Assembly (NCBI GenBank): GCA_051294375.1 | Contig: CM119267.1 | Span: forward strand, 22,197,486 to 22,261,485 | Direction of reading: 5' to 3' | Source: Paraspadella gotoi | Taxonomy: Eukaryota > Animalia > Chaetognatha | DNA length: 64,000 bases | Shown here: piece after piece, positions 24,783 to 36,189 of the stretch | How positions within the stretch are numbered: the stretch's first letter is position 1 | How the letters are laid out: each line of letters starts with the position of its first letter | Position numbers and translations under genes: made by a program | Notes under the pieces: model-generated | Told to the model about the DNA's origin: nothing | What the model saw: only the letters and a program-made list of their open reading frames with translations | The model's database searches: none

Positions 24783-27700
24783 TCACTGTCCGGACCACAA
24801 CCAGCCGAACCCACCGGCAGAGTATACCGCGTACGCTGCCGCACCAACCGAGGCGTATAGAGTCCACATGACAATTCGGGCGGCGACTCTCTTCGGCTGC
24901 TTCAGCGCGATCCAGGCGCCGTTGGAGGCGCGCGTCATGACTTGGCCGCGGCCTGCTCGTCCGCCGCTGCCTCGCGCCGCCGCCGCAGCCGCCTGCCGCG
25001 TCTCTCGCAGCCTCATTCCCTTTTGGTACTGCTCCTCGGCCTCGGCAGCCAACGAGGACGGCGGAAACTGTATGAAGTAGTCACCGGCTTTAGAGATAAG
25101 CCGCTCCCATGGGAGATCCTCGGGCACCTTGCTTAAAGCGCAGTGTAAAAGGGCGAAGTCGCACTCCACGGCCAGGATCTAAATGGGATCAAAAAAATCT
25201 TAAAAGCATAAGGATCGTCGCAATCGCATAAGAAAAATCTCGATTGACGACAAATTTTGATACTAAAAAAAATAAAATTTGAGAAAAGAAAATTAATTTA
25301 TAAACAGAAAGAAAAATTATATTTTATAAATTATAAATTAAAGTTACAGTTTCTGAAAAAAAAAGAAGAAAAAAAAATTTTCATTGTCAAAAAATAAACT
25401 AATGAGCAGACGCAGCCCCAGAAAAAAAAAAAAGAAATAAAAACCTGATGTTGCGATAGCAAAATGATAACATGCACGAATGCGATGCCTAATTTTACGA
25501 GTTCAATCCTATTTCAAATTTTTTTTTAATAAAAACGCAGAGAGAAAAAAAGAAAGAAATCAAAAGGCAGTAGCAGAAGCAGCAGGAAAAAAGAGAGATA
25601 AAGAATAAGCCCCTGCAGAGCCAGCTGCAGACTCAAAAGGCAGCAGCAAAAGCAGCAGGAGAAAAGAGAGAAAAAGAATAAGCCCCAGCAGAGCCAGCTG
25701 CAGACTCGTTTTTTTTCCTTATGAAATTGGTACAACCAATATAAAAATTTTCCATTTCTATGTTATGAATCAGTGACTAGGGAAACGAGAGAGGGAGAGA
25801 GACATGTAATTAAAGGAGAAAGAGAGAGAGAAAGAAATATGAAAATAAAAGAGAGAAAATTTGTTTGTTTTGATAAAACGTAAACAAAACATATTTAATA
25901 ACTGTCCAGACTCAATTTTAAGCATATCGATGATGAGAAGCTTTATATAAATTTTCAGCTTCATACACCCAAATTTAATCATAAAAAAGGCGATCTATAA
26001 TTTGGAACGCCGACGACGACAACGACGACGACGACTACGCCACTTATGCCCAAAAGCGTTACTTGATCGTCGCAAACGCAAAGCGATTGCGACGATAAAA
26101 AAATAAACTCACCGTACAGTACTTTGTATATAATCAATACTTTTTAGGCATAATTTAATACATTGTAATATTTCTCATTGTAATAAAAATAAAAACTTCT
26201 CATTAAATACCTCGTCGCGCCGATGAAGAACGATAGCGGCGGCCAGGTAGAGCGGCATGAGCGGGTGGCAGGCCAAGAAAAAGTCGTAGAGTCGAACGAT
26301 GTGCTTGAGCTCGTTCAACACGTGACCGTACCACGTGATGAGCCAGCTGAGTGCGAAAACGGTGCCGACGTCGGCGGCCTCGACGAACTCGCGCAGTTCC
26401 GGGTCGACGCGACCCACGAGAGGCAGGAGATAATTGAGGATGTGGGTGGTGCGCTCCATCGTCGCGTCCATGAAATCGCGGAGGTGGTGGGTGGAGAGGC
26501 GATCGAGGAGAGCGAAGGCGAGATCTTCGCCGACGGCCAAGAGGAAAGTCACGCAAATATCGTGGTAGCCCTGAATAAGAGATGAGAGGAAAAAATAAAG
26601 AATGCGTCGATTCTAAAAAGAATTGATCATTGACAAATTCTCTCCCGAACGCGACCTGATAATAATGCAACTCTTCGTGCTCGCACAAAACTCGCAAAAT
26701 GAGTGTGTTGAGTTTCTCTTGCAACAGCTGTTGCTCCTCTTCCGTGAGTCCAGGCGGGAATCGCCGCAGACTTCGCTTGACGTCGAGCACGACTTGATTG
26801 TAGTCGCGGTGTAACGTCAACTCGTGCCACGGGCGTTTCTGCAACTTTTTATCCGTATCGACATTGAGGAGTTTTGGCCAGGCGCGGACGCGAACGTCGT
26901 TGCCGACCAAGCCGCATTTGCTGATGGCCATTTGGCGCACAGCGGATACATTGACGGGGTCCTCTTCAAGAACGGCCAATATCTTGTCCACCTTCTGCCG
27001 CTTGTGGTGGCTGAGGCGTGCGGCGCGAGGTGTGTGGCCGACGGAAGGCTCAAGGGAGAGGACGCTGTCGAGAGAAGTCACCGAAGGGCAGAGTCGTTTG
27101 GAAATTTGGCGGATTGCGCCCGAAGCTGTTAGATTGAAGCGAATACGTAGTACAGAGTCAATTCTGGATCAAAAAGAACTACAACTACTTTCAAAAAACC
27201 AACCAGGACTGGAGGAGCGCGACAATGAGTTCAAACGGTCGCTCGGCGTCATCAACAAACGCCGGTCAGTCTCGTTGGGCAAATCGTCTCTGCTCTTTGA
27301 TCGGCGCCGACGGGGATTCGTTTCTTCGTCGTCGTCGTCGTCGCGTCGACGTAAAAGCGACGCCGCCCGACGAACGTCTCGTTCGGTCACTTTAAGCGGA
27401 GGTTCTGGCGAAGTCATGTCGGGCAAAGCTAGTTCGGGACGACGCGGAAGAGAAAGCTTCTTTTCATCAGTCGAAGAGTTTTCAGGGGGAGTGGGTGGGA
27501 GTGAAATGGAGCTAGGAGAGGTAAGATCGACGGGTGGGGAAAGAGGAGAAAAGGATTCGTCATCGAGGGAATGTATCGTATCGTCGTCTTCGTCGTCGTC
27601 ATCGTCCGAATCCGTTTCGACATTTTTCGTCGATAGAAACTCTTCGAATGTTTGGCCGGCAAAGTCCTCGGGCCGGACGCGACTCGGATGAACTATTTCG

Positions 27701-27783
27701 CCGGAATCGACGGCACGGACGTCGTCCTCGGCGCTTCTCGCTTCCGCCCGACGTCGGTGACGAATCATGTGAACGCTGCTCAT
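24783..27783 (-). CDS. TBC1D20: TBC1 domain family member 20 with low-complexity N-terminal extension
   Basis: VRVRAWPKLL, DYNQVVLDVKRSLRRFPPG, LHYYQG, FALSWLITWYGH, HPLMPLYLAAA, and a C-terminal TM segment. The 5' exon (27169-27783 ORF) is less certain. Confidence 0.9.
25526..26100. repeat. Interspersed repeat in a TBC1D20 intron, second copy at ~49755-50300 (Helitron/Helentron-like non-autonomous element)
   Basis: Shared GAGCCAGCTGCAGACTC sub-repeats, AAATTTTCAGCTTCATACACCCAAATTTAATC, (GAC)n and a terminal hairpin ATCGTCGCAA...TTGCGACGAT followed by an A-run. Confidence 0.7.
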
Positions 27784-27959
27784 TTTTTTCAGTTTTGTTT
27801 TGGTATTCGAGTCCGAGTAAGTGACAAAAGTTCAAATAGCTTCATGGCATTTAAATCCTCGAAATAAGTTAAAAACAACTGTAAAATAACTAAGGCAATT
27901 GAGCTGTATTAAAAATAAATGAAGACAATCATCAACAAACAATGAAACTAAGCGAAGGG

Positions 27960-29225
27960 TTAAAACGTCCGGTCATTTGTCATTAAAGGCGGTAAAACCA
28001 AAAAAAAATTTAACTTCTCAAAAGCGTCGAACTCTCTCGTCAACTTCGCCTTTTCTCCGCGAAGCCTCTTTAAGCTTTCCAATGAACGTGCGGTCATTTC
28101 CTTCAGCGTCGCTTTATCCCCGTCTTCGCCAGAAACGGCGAAACTCAGCTTCTCCTCACCGACGAATTTTGAACCGACGAACAGCCTTCGCTTTGACTCA
28201 ATCTCGCTTCGGACCGAAAGGTCGTTCAAGTACTCTAACGCCACTCGTTCGTCGGCTTCTGTCGCCGTCGGGGCGTCCGACTCAGCCAATGTTAGGGCCT
28301 CTTTGATCCAAGGTTCCTCGTCTCGAAGGAGATCGTGAAAAGAGCGAATGCTGTCTTTCATCGCTTCGCCGAGAGTAGGTAAAACACGGGACGAAAAGAG
28401 CTCGGTTGTCGTGTAAGGTTCCTCAGAGGACGCTTCTTCACTTACCCCACTACTTTCTCTCTGCTCCGCTTCCAAAACGCTCTCCATCCAATCCCAAAAA
28501 ACTCCTCCTCCGCCCTCCTTCCAAATCGTCCAAGCCTTTAAGTAGCGCAACTCTTCGTCGAGTCGGGAAGCGTTTTTCGCGTAATCCCCGGGAGTGGCCA
28601 AAGTGACGGCCTCGACCGTCGAAGGATGTCGGTCGCTCGACGTCAATCCTTTCCCTTTAGTGACGGAATTGCAACGATGCGACAAATTGACGCGGTATTC
28701 CTGGGCTTCCGCCATCTTGCGCCAGGCAAAGTTCAGCTTTCCCAATTCCCACTGAAGCCTTTTGAGATCGTCAGGGTGTGGAAATTCATCGTCAGCGGAG
28801 GGCGTGGGGTGATCGAGATCGAATCGATCGAGAGGAAGGGAAGGCGACGACGCCGACAAATCGGTCTTTACCGGATCCAACCGCTCAGGCAGATCCAATT
28901 CCGCGAGAAGCCAACCGAGAGCCAAAACGAGGGGACGACTTCGACCAGTTTCTACGTTGAGCGTCAACAACTCGAGGGAAGGATATCCCAAAAGAGCGAA
29001 GCCGACTTTGACGCCGTCCACGACCGAGCGTGGCAAAGACAGTCTGACAAAGGCACGAAGGAGGGCGCGAAGGAATTGCCACATGGGCGTCGCTGCGTCG
29101 GCGACATCGTGCTTGGCCTGACGCAAGACTTCGGCGCCAATTTTAGGGGCGCCGTTGCGCGAGAGAATGAGGAGAAGAGAGTCGATGGCGTCTCTAGCAG
29201 AGGGTGCGCCTTTTGGACGGGACAT
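27960..29225 (-). CDS. TEDC1: Tubulin epsilon and delta complex protein 1 (single exon)
   Basis: AEVLRQAKHD...MWQFL, LGYP...GRSRPLVLALGWLLA, LQWELGKLNFAWR and VFWDWMESVL. Confidence 0.85.
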   Translation of the reverse strand: MSRPKGAPSARDAIDSLLLILSRNGAPKIGAEVLRQAKHDVADAATPMWQFLRALLRAFVRLSLPRSVVDGVKVGFALLGYPSLELLTLNVETGRSRPLVLALGWLLAELDLPERLDPVKTDLSASSPSLPLDRFDLDHPTPSADDEFPHPDDLKRLQWELGKLNFAWRKMAEAQEYRVNLSHRCNSVTKGKGLTSSDRHPSTVEAVTLATPGDYAKNASRLDEELRYLKAWTIWKEGGGGVFWDWMESVLEAEQRESSGVSEEASSEEPYTTTELFSSRVLPTLGEAMKDSIRSFHDLLRDEEPWIKEALTLAESDAPTATEADERVALEYLNDLSVRSEIESKRRLFVGSKFVGEEKLSFAVSGEDGDKATLKEMTARSLESLKRLRGEKAKLTREFDAFEKLNFFLVLPPLMTNDRTF

Positions 29226-29352
29226 TTGGAGGTTCGATACTAAATTGTAAATCAACATAAAAAATCTTGAAAGTATAGTGATCTTGCCAGACGTTACAAT
29301 CAAAGAAAATTAATGAAAAAATCCGGGGAGAAAAAACGAATGATGCAATAAC

Positions 29353-29480
29353 AAATTATTGATGTGATAATAATTGATTGATGTAATAGTAATTGATTGA
29401 TTTAATAGCAATTGATTGATGTAATAGCAATTGATTGATGTAATAGCAATTGATTGATGTAATAATAATTGATGTAATAA
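29353..29480. repeat. About 19-bp minisatellite (AATTGATTGATGTAATAGC), roughly 6 degenerate units
   Basis: Directly visible tandem units. Confidence 0.85.
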
Positions 29481-29489
29481 TAAATGGTA

Positions 29490-29615
29490 AAAAAAGCGTG
29501 ACGACGACTACAACGACGACGGTCACAAAGATTCCTCTTCACGATTCCGTCTCCATCAGCAGAAGCGATCAAACATCTCGCCCAAGTCGGGCTTTTGCCC
29601 GTCTGGCGAGATAAA
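29490..29615. repeat. Repeat end with GC-rich terminal hairpin, second copy at ~50495-50590
   Basis: AGCGTGACGACGAC...GGTCA...ATCTCGCCCAA-TCGGGC-TT-GCCCGTCTGGCGAGAT-AAAAA present at both sites. Confidence 0.75.
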
Positions 29616-29883
29616 AAGAAATTAGGTAAAAACCACAAAATATAAATTTGATTTGATTTGAATAGAATACACGGGGGTAAACTTGTATAAACATAAGTCA
29701 TGGTCCACTCAAAATAAGTAAGTTTGATACAAAATTTAAAATGTCAAGCGATTACGACACATACATCGCGAAAATGTAAAATATTAACATAAAGAGTCAC
29801 AGAGAACTTATCTAACGCAAAAAAATTTAGCAGTCAGAATCGTAACTTCATAAGATGTTTATTTATAAGTTTTATACATAACA

Positions 29884-30450
29884 TCACAATCCTGCTTGCG
29901 CCGGATGGTGAAGCAGATTTCCGTCCTTGTTAGTTTCGTCGAGATACCCGAAGGATCGCAACAACTTCTGTCCCGACGATCGAATTGAGACGATGAGGAA
30001 AATGATCTCGATGAAGATGAAGGCGAGCATGACGCCGTAAAAATAGGAGACAAACTCTGGCCATCCGATTCGCCAGTCGCGATGAATCATAGCCCCCAAG
30101 ACTAAATAGAGGGCGGGGATGAGGACAACCAGGCAAATTCCTTGCGCCACCACCGAAGCCAAATTGGCGCCTTTGGTTCGCGGGTTCCATCGCAGGTGGA
30201 CGGCGCCGACGAGAATAAAAAGGGCGCCGGCCCAGAGACCCGGAAGGGCGACGCGGGTGGCGCCGAGATCTTCTTTGACAGTGAAGCCGTGGGACGCGAC
30301 GTCGCAAATCTGCAGGATGACGCAGACGACGCCGCAGAAAACCTGGATGGCGAAACAGACCCGGCGTTTCCCGCGATCCGCAGCGTCGGCTTCCTCCTCT
30401 CGTTCCGCCATTTCCGTTCGGCGAACGAACACAGTCTCTTGCACGATCAT
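29884..30450 (-). CDS. Four-TM membrane protein, MS4A/CD20-like
   Basis: Four hydrophobic segments. PGLWAGALFILVG resembles the MS4A TM2 motif. Confidence 0.6.
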   Translation of the reverse strand: MIVQETVFVRRTEMAEREEEADAADRGKRRVCFAIQVFCGVVCVILQICDVASHGFTVKEDLGATRVALPGLWAGALFILVGAVHLRWNPRTKGANLASVVAQGICLVVLIPALYLVLGAMIHRDWRIGWPEFVSYFYGVMLAFIFIEIIFLIVSIRSSGQKLLRSFGYLDETNKDGNLLHHPAQAGL

Positions 30451-30658
30451 GACGAGCAGTTTTCTTAATTTCGTTTTTATTTTTTTATATTTATTTTTTT
30501 CCCTTCACTTTACTTTTCCCTCAAGCAGTTGTCCCTATTCATTCAACGGGTCTCGACAATTCTCCGAGAATCGCAGCTAAAAATTTTATCGCAAAAAAGA
30601 AAGACTTCAAAATTAACAACAACAACAAAAACGTTTTTTGAAAAAGCAAAACCGTTCG

Positions 30659-31360
30659 TCACAAAGTCTTAGTCTCAAAATTAGTCATCAACATAAACGG
30701 ATTCGAGAGTTTGGAGGCGTGTTCCGGCGCGAAACTCGATCGCTTCAATCTCCCTCCGCTGATGGTCTTCAAATGATCCTCCATCACGGCGCCGGTGCAG
30801 AACATCAAAGGAGTCTCGACGCCCTTCTTGCTCAGCGCCCCGACCGCCGTTTCGAAGGTGGCCGAGACGCAGTCCGTCGTCAAGAAGGGAGGGTCGCAGA
30901 CGACGAAATCGAAGGCTCCGCGGAATTCGGAGGGAAGGGAGGGCGCATTTGGCTCGCGATAATCGTAGAAAACGAAATCCTCTCCCCACTTGGCGAAACG
31001 ACGGTCGAATTCAAGAACGACGAAGCGGGTGGAAGCGGAATCGGCGCCGGAAGTGGAAGCCGATTTCGCCACCAAGCTCTTGTAGAGGGTCGGGCAGGAG
31101 ACGCACGCCACGAGCGCCTTGGGAGTCCCGTCGACGACGGCGAGAACCTCGTCGGCCAGAGACGCCGCCGTTGAATCGGAATACCAGAACTGACTCAGCT
31201 GCCAATCCTCTGAGACGGGCGTGAGTTCCGCGACCGAAGGGTCGGTTGGGGCGTTTTCGGCAGCCACGACTTCGGATCGTTCAGAGAGGAATTCTTGCAG
31301 CGCGGAGAGGGCGCTCGAGGAGAGGCGAGGGACGTCATCGTCGTCTTCGTTGGACGACAT
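30659..31360 (-). CDS. EEF1AKMT1: eEF1A lysine methyltransferase 1 (N6AMT2)
   Basis: LSSSALSALQEF, EDWQLSQFWY, ACVSCPTL, EFDRRF, DPPF and CTGAVM. Confidence 0.95.
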   Translation of the reverse strand: MSSNEDDDDVPRLSSSALSALQEFLSERSEVVAAENAPTDPSVAELTPVSEDWQLSQFWYSDSTAASLADEVLAVVDGTPKALVACVSCPTLYKSLVAKSASTSGADSASTRFVVLEFDRRFAKWGEDFVFYDYREPNAPSLPSEFRGAFDFVVCDPPFLTTDCVSATFETAVGALSKKGVETPLMFCTGAVMEDHLKTISGGRLKRSSFAPEHASKLSNPFMLMTNFETKTL

Positions 31361-32001
31361 TTCGATCACGAAAACCAAAACAGGTTTTATAACTAGCTTA
31401 GGAAACAAACTATTAATATCTCAGAAGAGTAAGTTTTTCATAATAAAAACAAATTACGTATTCAAATCTCGATTTTTTTATCCAATAAGAAACAGAAACT
31501 CAAACAAACGTTACGTGTAGCATAGTGTCTAATAATAATAAGTACATTATTGTATCTATTTAAAATAAATATGTTTTAACTACAAACATACATAGTTTTA
31601 GTTGTTAGTCAGACGACCGGTAAAAAAAATCTACTGTACTAGTCTTTACAAAACGTATATAAAAGCAAAATCGCTCTTCGCTTTGTCAAATAGTTAAAAT
31701 TACTACAATAAAAGTTACTGAGGTACAAACGTGCTCAAGATGCCGTACTTAAGAATAATAAAACGCATTCATGATTATAAATTGGTATAAAAGAGAGGGT
31801 TCAAGAATACAATACAATTTAATCAACTGTTTTTTTTTTCTAATGACGGTGTGGCATAAAAACGGCTAGAGACATAAAGAGTAAAAATATTTTTTGAAAA
31901 TGATTTTTCTGAGCCAAGAAGAGGAAATTCGCTATGAAGCTTTTGAGCGACACGCCAATGAGAATTTAGATTTTCTAGTCTTCACTCAGATCCATTCGTG
32001 T

Positions 32002-32570
32002 TCAATCGAGTTTTTTTCCGGTTCGCGAAGTGGCCAAAGTTTCGAACTGAAAGTCGACGTCGTCGTCGTCATCTTCGTCCACGAAGTTTGACAAAAACGG
32101 ATTTTTCGACGAGGACTTTTTCCGCGTTTCGGACGAGCATTGTGAAAAGGTGGGCGTCGGCGTCAGCGTCGACGACGAAGAGGCGTTTCCCTGATTTTTG
32201 GTTGAAGGAGGCGGCGCCGCGATCCGCACCGGTGACGACGACGAGACGTTGAGTGAGCGAATGCGGGAAGTCACTTGTTGCGAAGAAGGCACGGAGCGAG
32301 ACGGCAGTGACGACTGAGCGGTCGGCGACGTAGCGCCGGTTTGAATAGGAGACGGCGTCGTTTTAGACTTTGACGCTCCAGCCGACTTTTTCTTGGCCTT
32401 CTCCCGCTCCCAATTCTCAAAGGCCAGGTTGAAGGAATGGGAGACAGAGAGGGTGATCGCTTGAGCAACCTTTTTCTTGGGGCAAAGGAAGGCGTGGCAC
32501 TCCATGGTTTCGTTGTCGTTGTTGCGGGCGATGAAGGCGAAGACCTAACAAAAATTGGGAGGGACAGATG

Positions 32571-32612
<42 letters not shown>

Positions 32613-33183
32613 AACTCGAAATCTTGAAAAAACAATAAAAAATAACTTAATTCAGATTTTTTAAAGAAAAATACCTTGGAATGAGTTGAGTCGTTAGTGC
32701 AGAAGGAAACCCGATAGATAGACACTTCCTCAAAAAGAACATTCGATTCCACTTCGGTCATGCGGATGCCGCGAGGCGAGACGAACACCTGTGGGACAAC
32801 AATGACATCGACTCTGGAAATTAACTCGCGAAAGAGGGAGGGAAGGGACTTAAGATTCTCATCACCTCCATCTTGGTGAGCGGTTTCCGGTTGAGTCTGC
32901 TCTTCCCGCGAGACATGGAGACGATTTTTTTTACGGCCGAGGAGGTCGTCCCTTCACCGTTGGGATGGTCGACAATAACGTTGCCGAGATACTTGAGGAA
33001 GAAGACGAGGCCGTCCTCCACGGGATCGTCAACCGTCTCCCAATTCTCCTCCAGCTTCTCGTGACGACCGGCGGAGAACGACGTCGGCGGCGACGCAGAG
33101 GGTCGATTGCGGGCGGATCTGACGGGGCCCGAACGAGTCGACGCCGAGGCGGAACCGGAAACGACGCGACGAAGGACGTCCAT
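32002..33183 (-). CDS. LDLRAP1: PTB-domain endocytic adaptor, LDLRAP1/ARH-like
   Basis: HEKLEENW, FFLKYLG, VSPRGI, VSIYRVSFCT, ECHAFLCPKKKVAQAITLSV..F.LAFE.W and FETLATSR. Confidence 0.8.
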
Positions 33184-33931
33184 AGTTGATTTCTTATTTC
33201 GAAAGAAAAATTGGAAGACGTCTATGCATGCGTCTCACGCAAACGGAAAGAGTCCAAGCACCATTTAAAAACCCTTAAAGAAACAGAAAAAAAAGCCGCC
33301 ATGAAGATTAATTTAAGCCTATATTAAAAAATTATAATACAATAAATCTTAGCAAATGATTTGTTTTTAATTGGTAATTCTATAAATGATTTTAATTAGA
33401 CAAATTTGGACAAATGCTTATAAGCAAGGCGGGAATCAGAAAAAAAATTTAAAGCGATCATAGACGCGACTGTAAATCATTTTGAAATTTTTTTCCCATT
33501 TGAGCGGTTCAAGTTATACAAAAATTATCCTTTACGTAAGTTAGCACCACTGGTCCTCTGGGTGCTTGAATGCGTTTATGAACGAGAACCAATCAAAATT
33601 TCTCATAAATAAACGGGGAATTTATCTTATTTCTACTTACTACTTAAATACTATATTATAATAAGTATTGCATCATTTACTATAATTTTTCTAATCAGAT
33701 ACAATTAAATTGGTTGACGTGAGGATTTTTTTATTCAAAACAATTCTCACAAAAAAGTAATCACTATATTAGTTGAGAAATATTTTCATAAGATTTAATT
33801 TACGAAAGCTAAATCTCACCGGGTAATTTATAAATATATCAATTCATATAATTCGCGAAATAAAACCCCAAATCAAAACGGGACTTAACGGTTGACCTCC
33901 GAAAAGATTAGGGTGTCCTCATTCTCGTTCT

Positions 33932-34961
33932 CTACATGCTCGTCGGGGTGAGCAGGGTGAATTCTCTAAAGTTCATGCCCAGCTCGGAATTGGCGACGCC
34001 TCGACCGCCGGCGCTGACGTCGAGCATCTTCTGGTTGGTCGGGGTCTTGATCAACCCGGTCGGAGACGGACTCTTCTCCAGGAAGAGGACGGCGTCGTCG
34101 GAAAGATAAAAGTCTGTTTGGTCGTCGGTGGCGCCGCTCGGACGTCTAGCGCCGTCAACGTCGTCCATCACGTCCAGTTTGGTTCGCAGCTCCTCGAAGA
34201 AAACGTTGCCGGGAGATCCCAAGGGCGAGGAGAAGTCTTCTTCGTTGTCTTCGACGAGGTGGTCGAGGTGATAACCCAGTTCGCTGCGGAGGGTGAGAGA
34301 TTCAAAGTTATTTAAAGTCGATGCTCACGATGACGAATATAGAAATCCCACGTCAGCTCTCACCTTTGACGCCGGAAAATTCCCGCTCCGAAAATGGCAC
34401 TCAAAAGACCGACCGACCGGCGCCCGGTCTTGGGCGAGCCTTGACGCGACCCCAGCGGCGTCTCGCACGGCGTCACAGGCGCTGAGTGAAATGGGCGTCC
34501 GGCGATCGGAGATGCGACGCCTTGCTTCGTCGCCGCTTTGAACTCTTTCAAAACGAGAGAGGAACGGGGCTCGTCGACGGTCTGATTGGGGCGATCTCCT
34601 CCGCCCAGGTTCGGGTTCGACGCGACTTTTTCGTCGAGAACCTGACGTCGAAATTCCTCCCCGGAGATTTTGTGCTTCGGGGGGCTGGAGGTGAATGATT
34701 CAAGGCCGTCGTCGTGAGCAATTCATTTTTCCGTAAACTATCCTTTCATAAAACCGCCCATTTAACTTACCCGACATAATCCAGCGGCTGAGAGGCCGAC
34801 CGCTCCCGATCACCCCGTAGTTCGTTGTAGGTGCTCGGCTTGGCCGGCAAATTGACGCGCTGCAGTTGGTTGGCTTGCGGCGGACTGAAGGCCGCTTCGA
34901 TGAATGGATTGTCGTAGTCCCGCGACTTATTCGCGATGGGAATTTCCGCCGATTTAGACAT
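33932..34961 (-). CDS. Unknown low-complexity protein, about 3 exons
   Basis: GC-rich open frames joined by GT-AG introns (donors near 34770 and 34364). Ends MNFREFTLLTPTSM. Family not recognised. Confidence 0.6.
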
Positions 34962-36189
34962 GGTGGTTTAGCGGTCGCAGTTTATCGACAGAGAGATGCA
35001 CGATTTTTCTCCTCCTTCAAATCGGCGCTAAAATCGATCGGTGACGATCGCCCGGATTCGCAGGGTGGAGAAACGCGGCGCGGGGGTTTCGTCGTGACGA
35101 GTTTTTGTGTCGTAGCGAAGACGTTGTTAAGAGAGTCTTTTTTATCCAAGCCTGACGTCATGATCGAAGGCGCTAAGTGACAGCTGGGGCTGGCGACCCA
35201 TACTGACCTAATACATACGAGGGAGGGGAGGGGGGGGAAACGCTGAAAATCGAGGACAGGGAAGATGGCGGACTCAGTCCACGCAATTACGGAGCAAAGT
35301 ACGAAAAATAAGAATTTTTCCCTAGACAACACGATAATCCGAATAGAAGGGAAAGAAAGGAGAAAAGTGAGCAACCATTAACTGATATTTTTTTTTCTAC
35401 CTAGAAAATTTGGCGATTTCGTTCAAAAAAAAAGGCTGAGTGCAACCGTTTCTTTTCTTTTTTTTTATCCGACGAAAACTGCAAACGTAATGTTTACAAC
35501 GAGTGCATAACGTTTACTATGAAACCAAGCGAGTGGCCACAAAAAAGAGAAGCAAATGTCGGAATCAGATAATATTTTTTATATCGCACTAAAGGGGCGC
35601 AACAAGAAATCAATTTAAAGTGGAACATCTTTGTTTCGGCACCGGCGTTGTCGCGAATAGAAAAGCTGGAGATTTTAAGTGTATCAAATTTAATATTCAA
35701 ATCATCGTGATCCAATGACGCATTATAATGCAGGGTGCTTGCAATCCCAAATCGTGGAACTTTAATCTTATGTAGGTTTGTTTCACGAATATAACCTCGA
35801 GCCGTCGAGAAAAAAGAATTAAAAAGAAAGGAAGGAACGAAGGAACGTCGTGACAACTGCCTTTTAATTTTGGTTTACCATTAATTTCGATATCAAAATA
35901 CAAAGTTTAAGAATTATTACTAAATCACAAATCTACAAAAAAAAATTATATAAATTAGGCGAAAACGCCAATTTTTTTGTTTATTAAAAGTTTTCTCGGA
36001 AGAATAAGAGAGAGACGACTTTCTCTCTTTTTCTTTGTATCTCGAGTTAATAAAAGACTATAAAATTGCTCCCCCCCAATATTCTCTCTCTCCATCTGGG
36101 AAGATGGAAACAGTTTTTTTTTTTTGGTAGTGGAATTTGAGGGGAAAGGCTGCGTGTTGACGGGTGAGAGACGTTGCAACGAAGAGTGG

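Noticed and set aside
29353-29480. Short repeat arrays here and at 58420-58705 as CRISPR
   Set aside because: No unique spacers, eukaryotic context; these are simple tandem repeats
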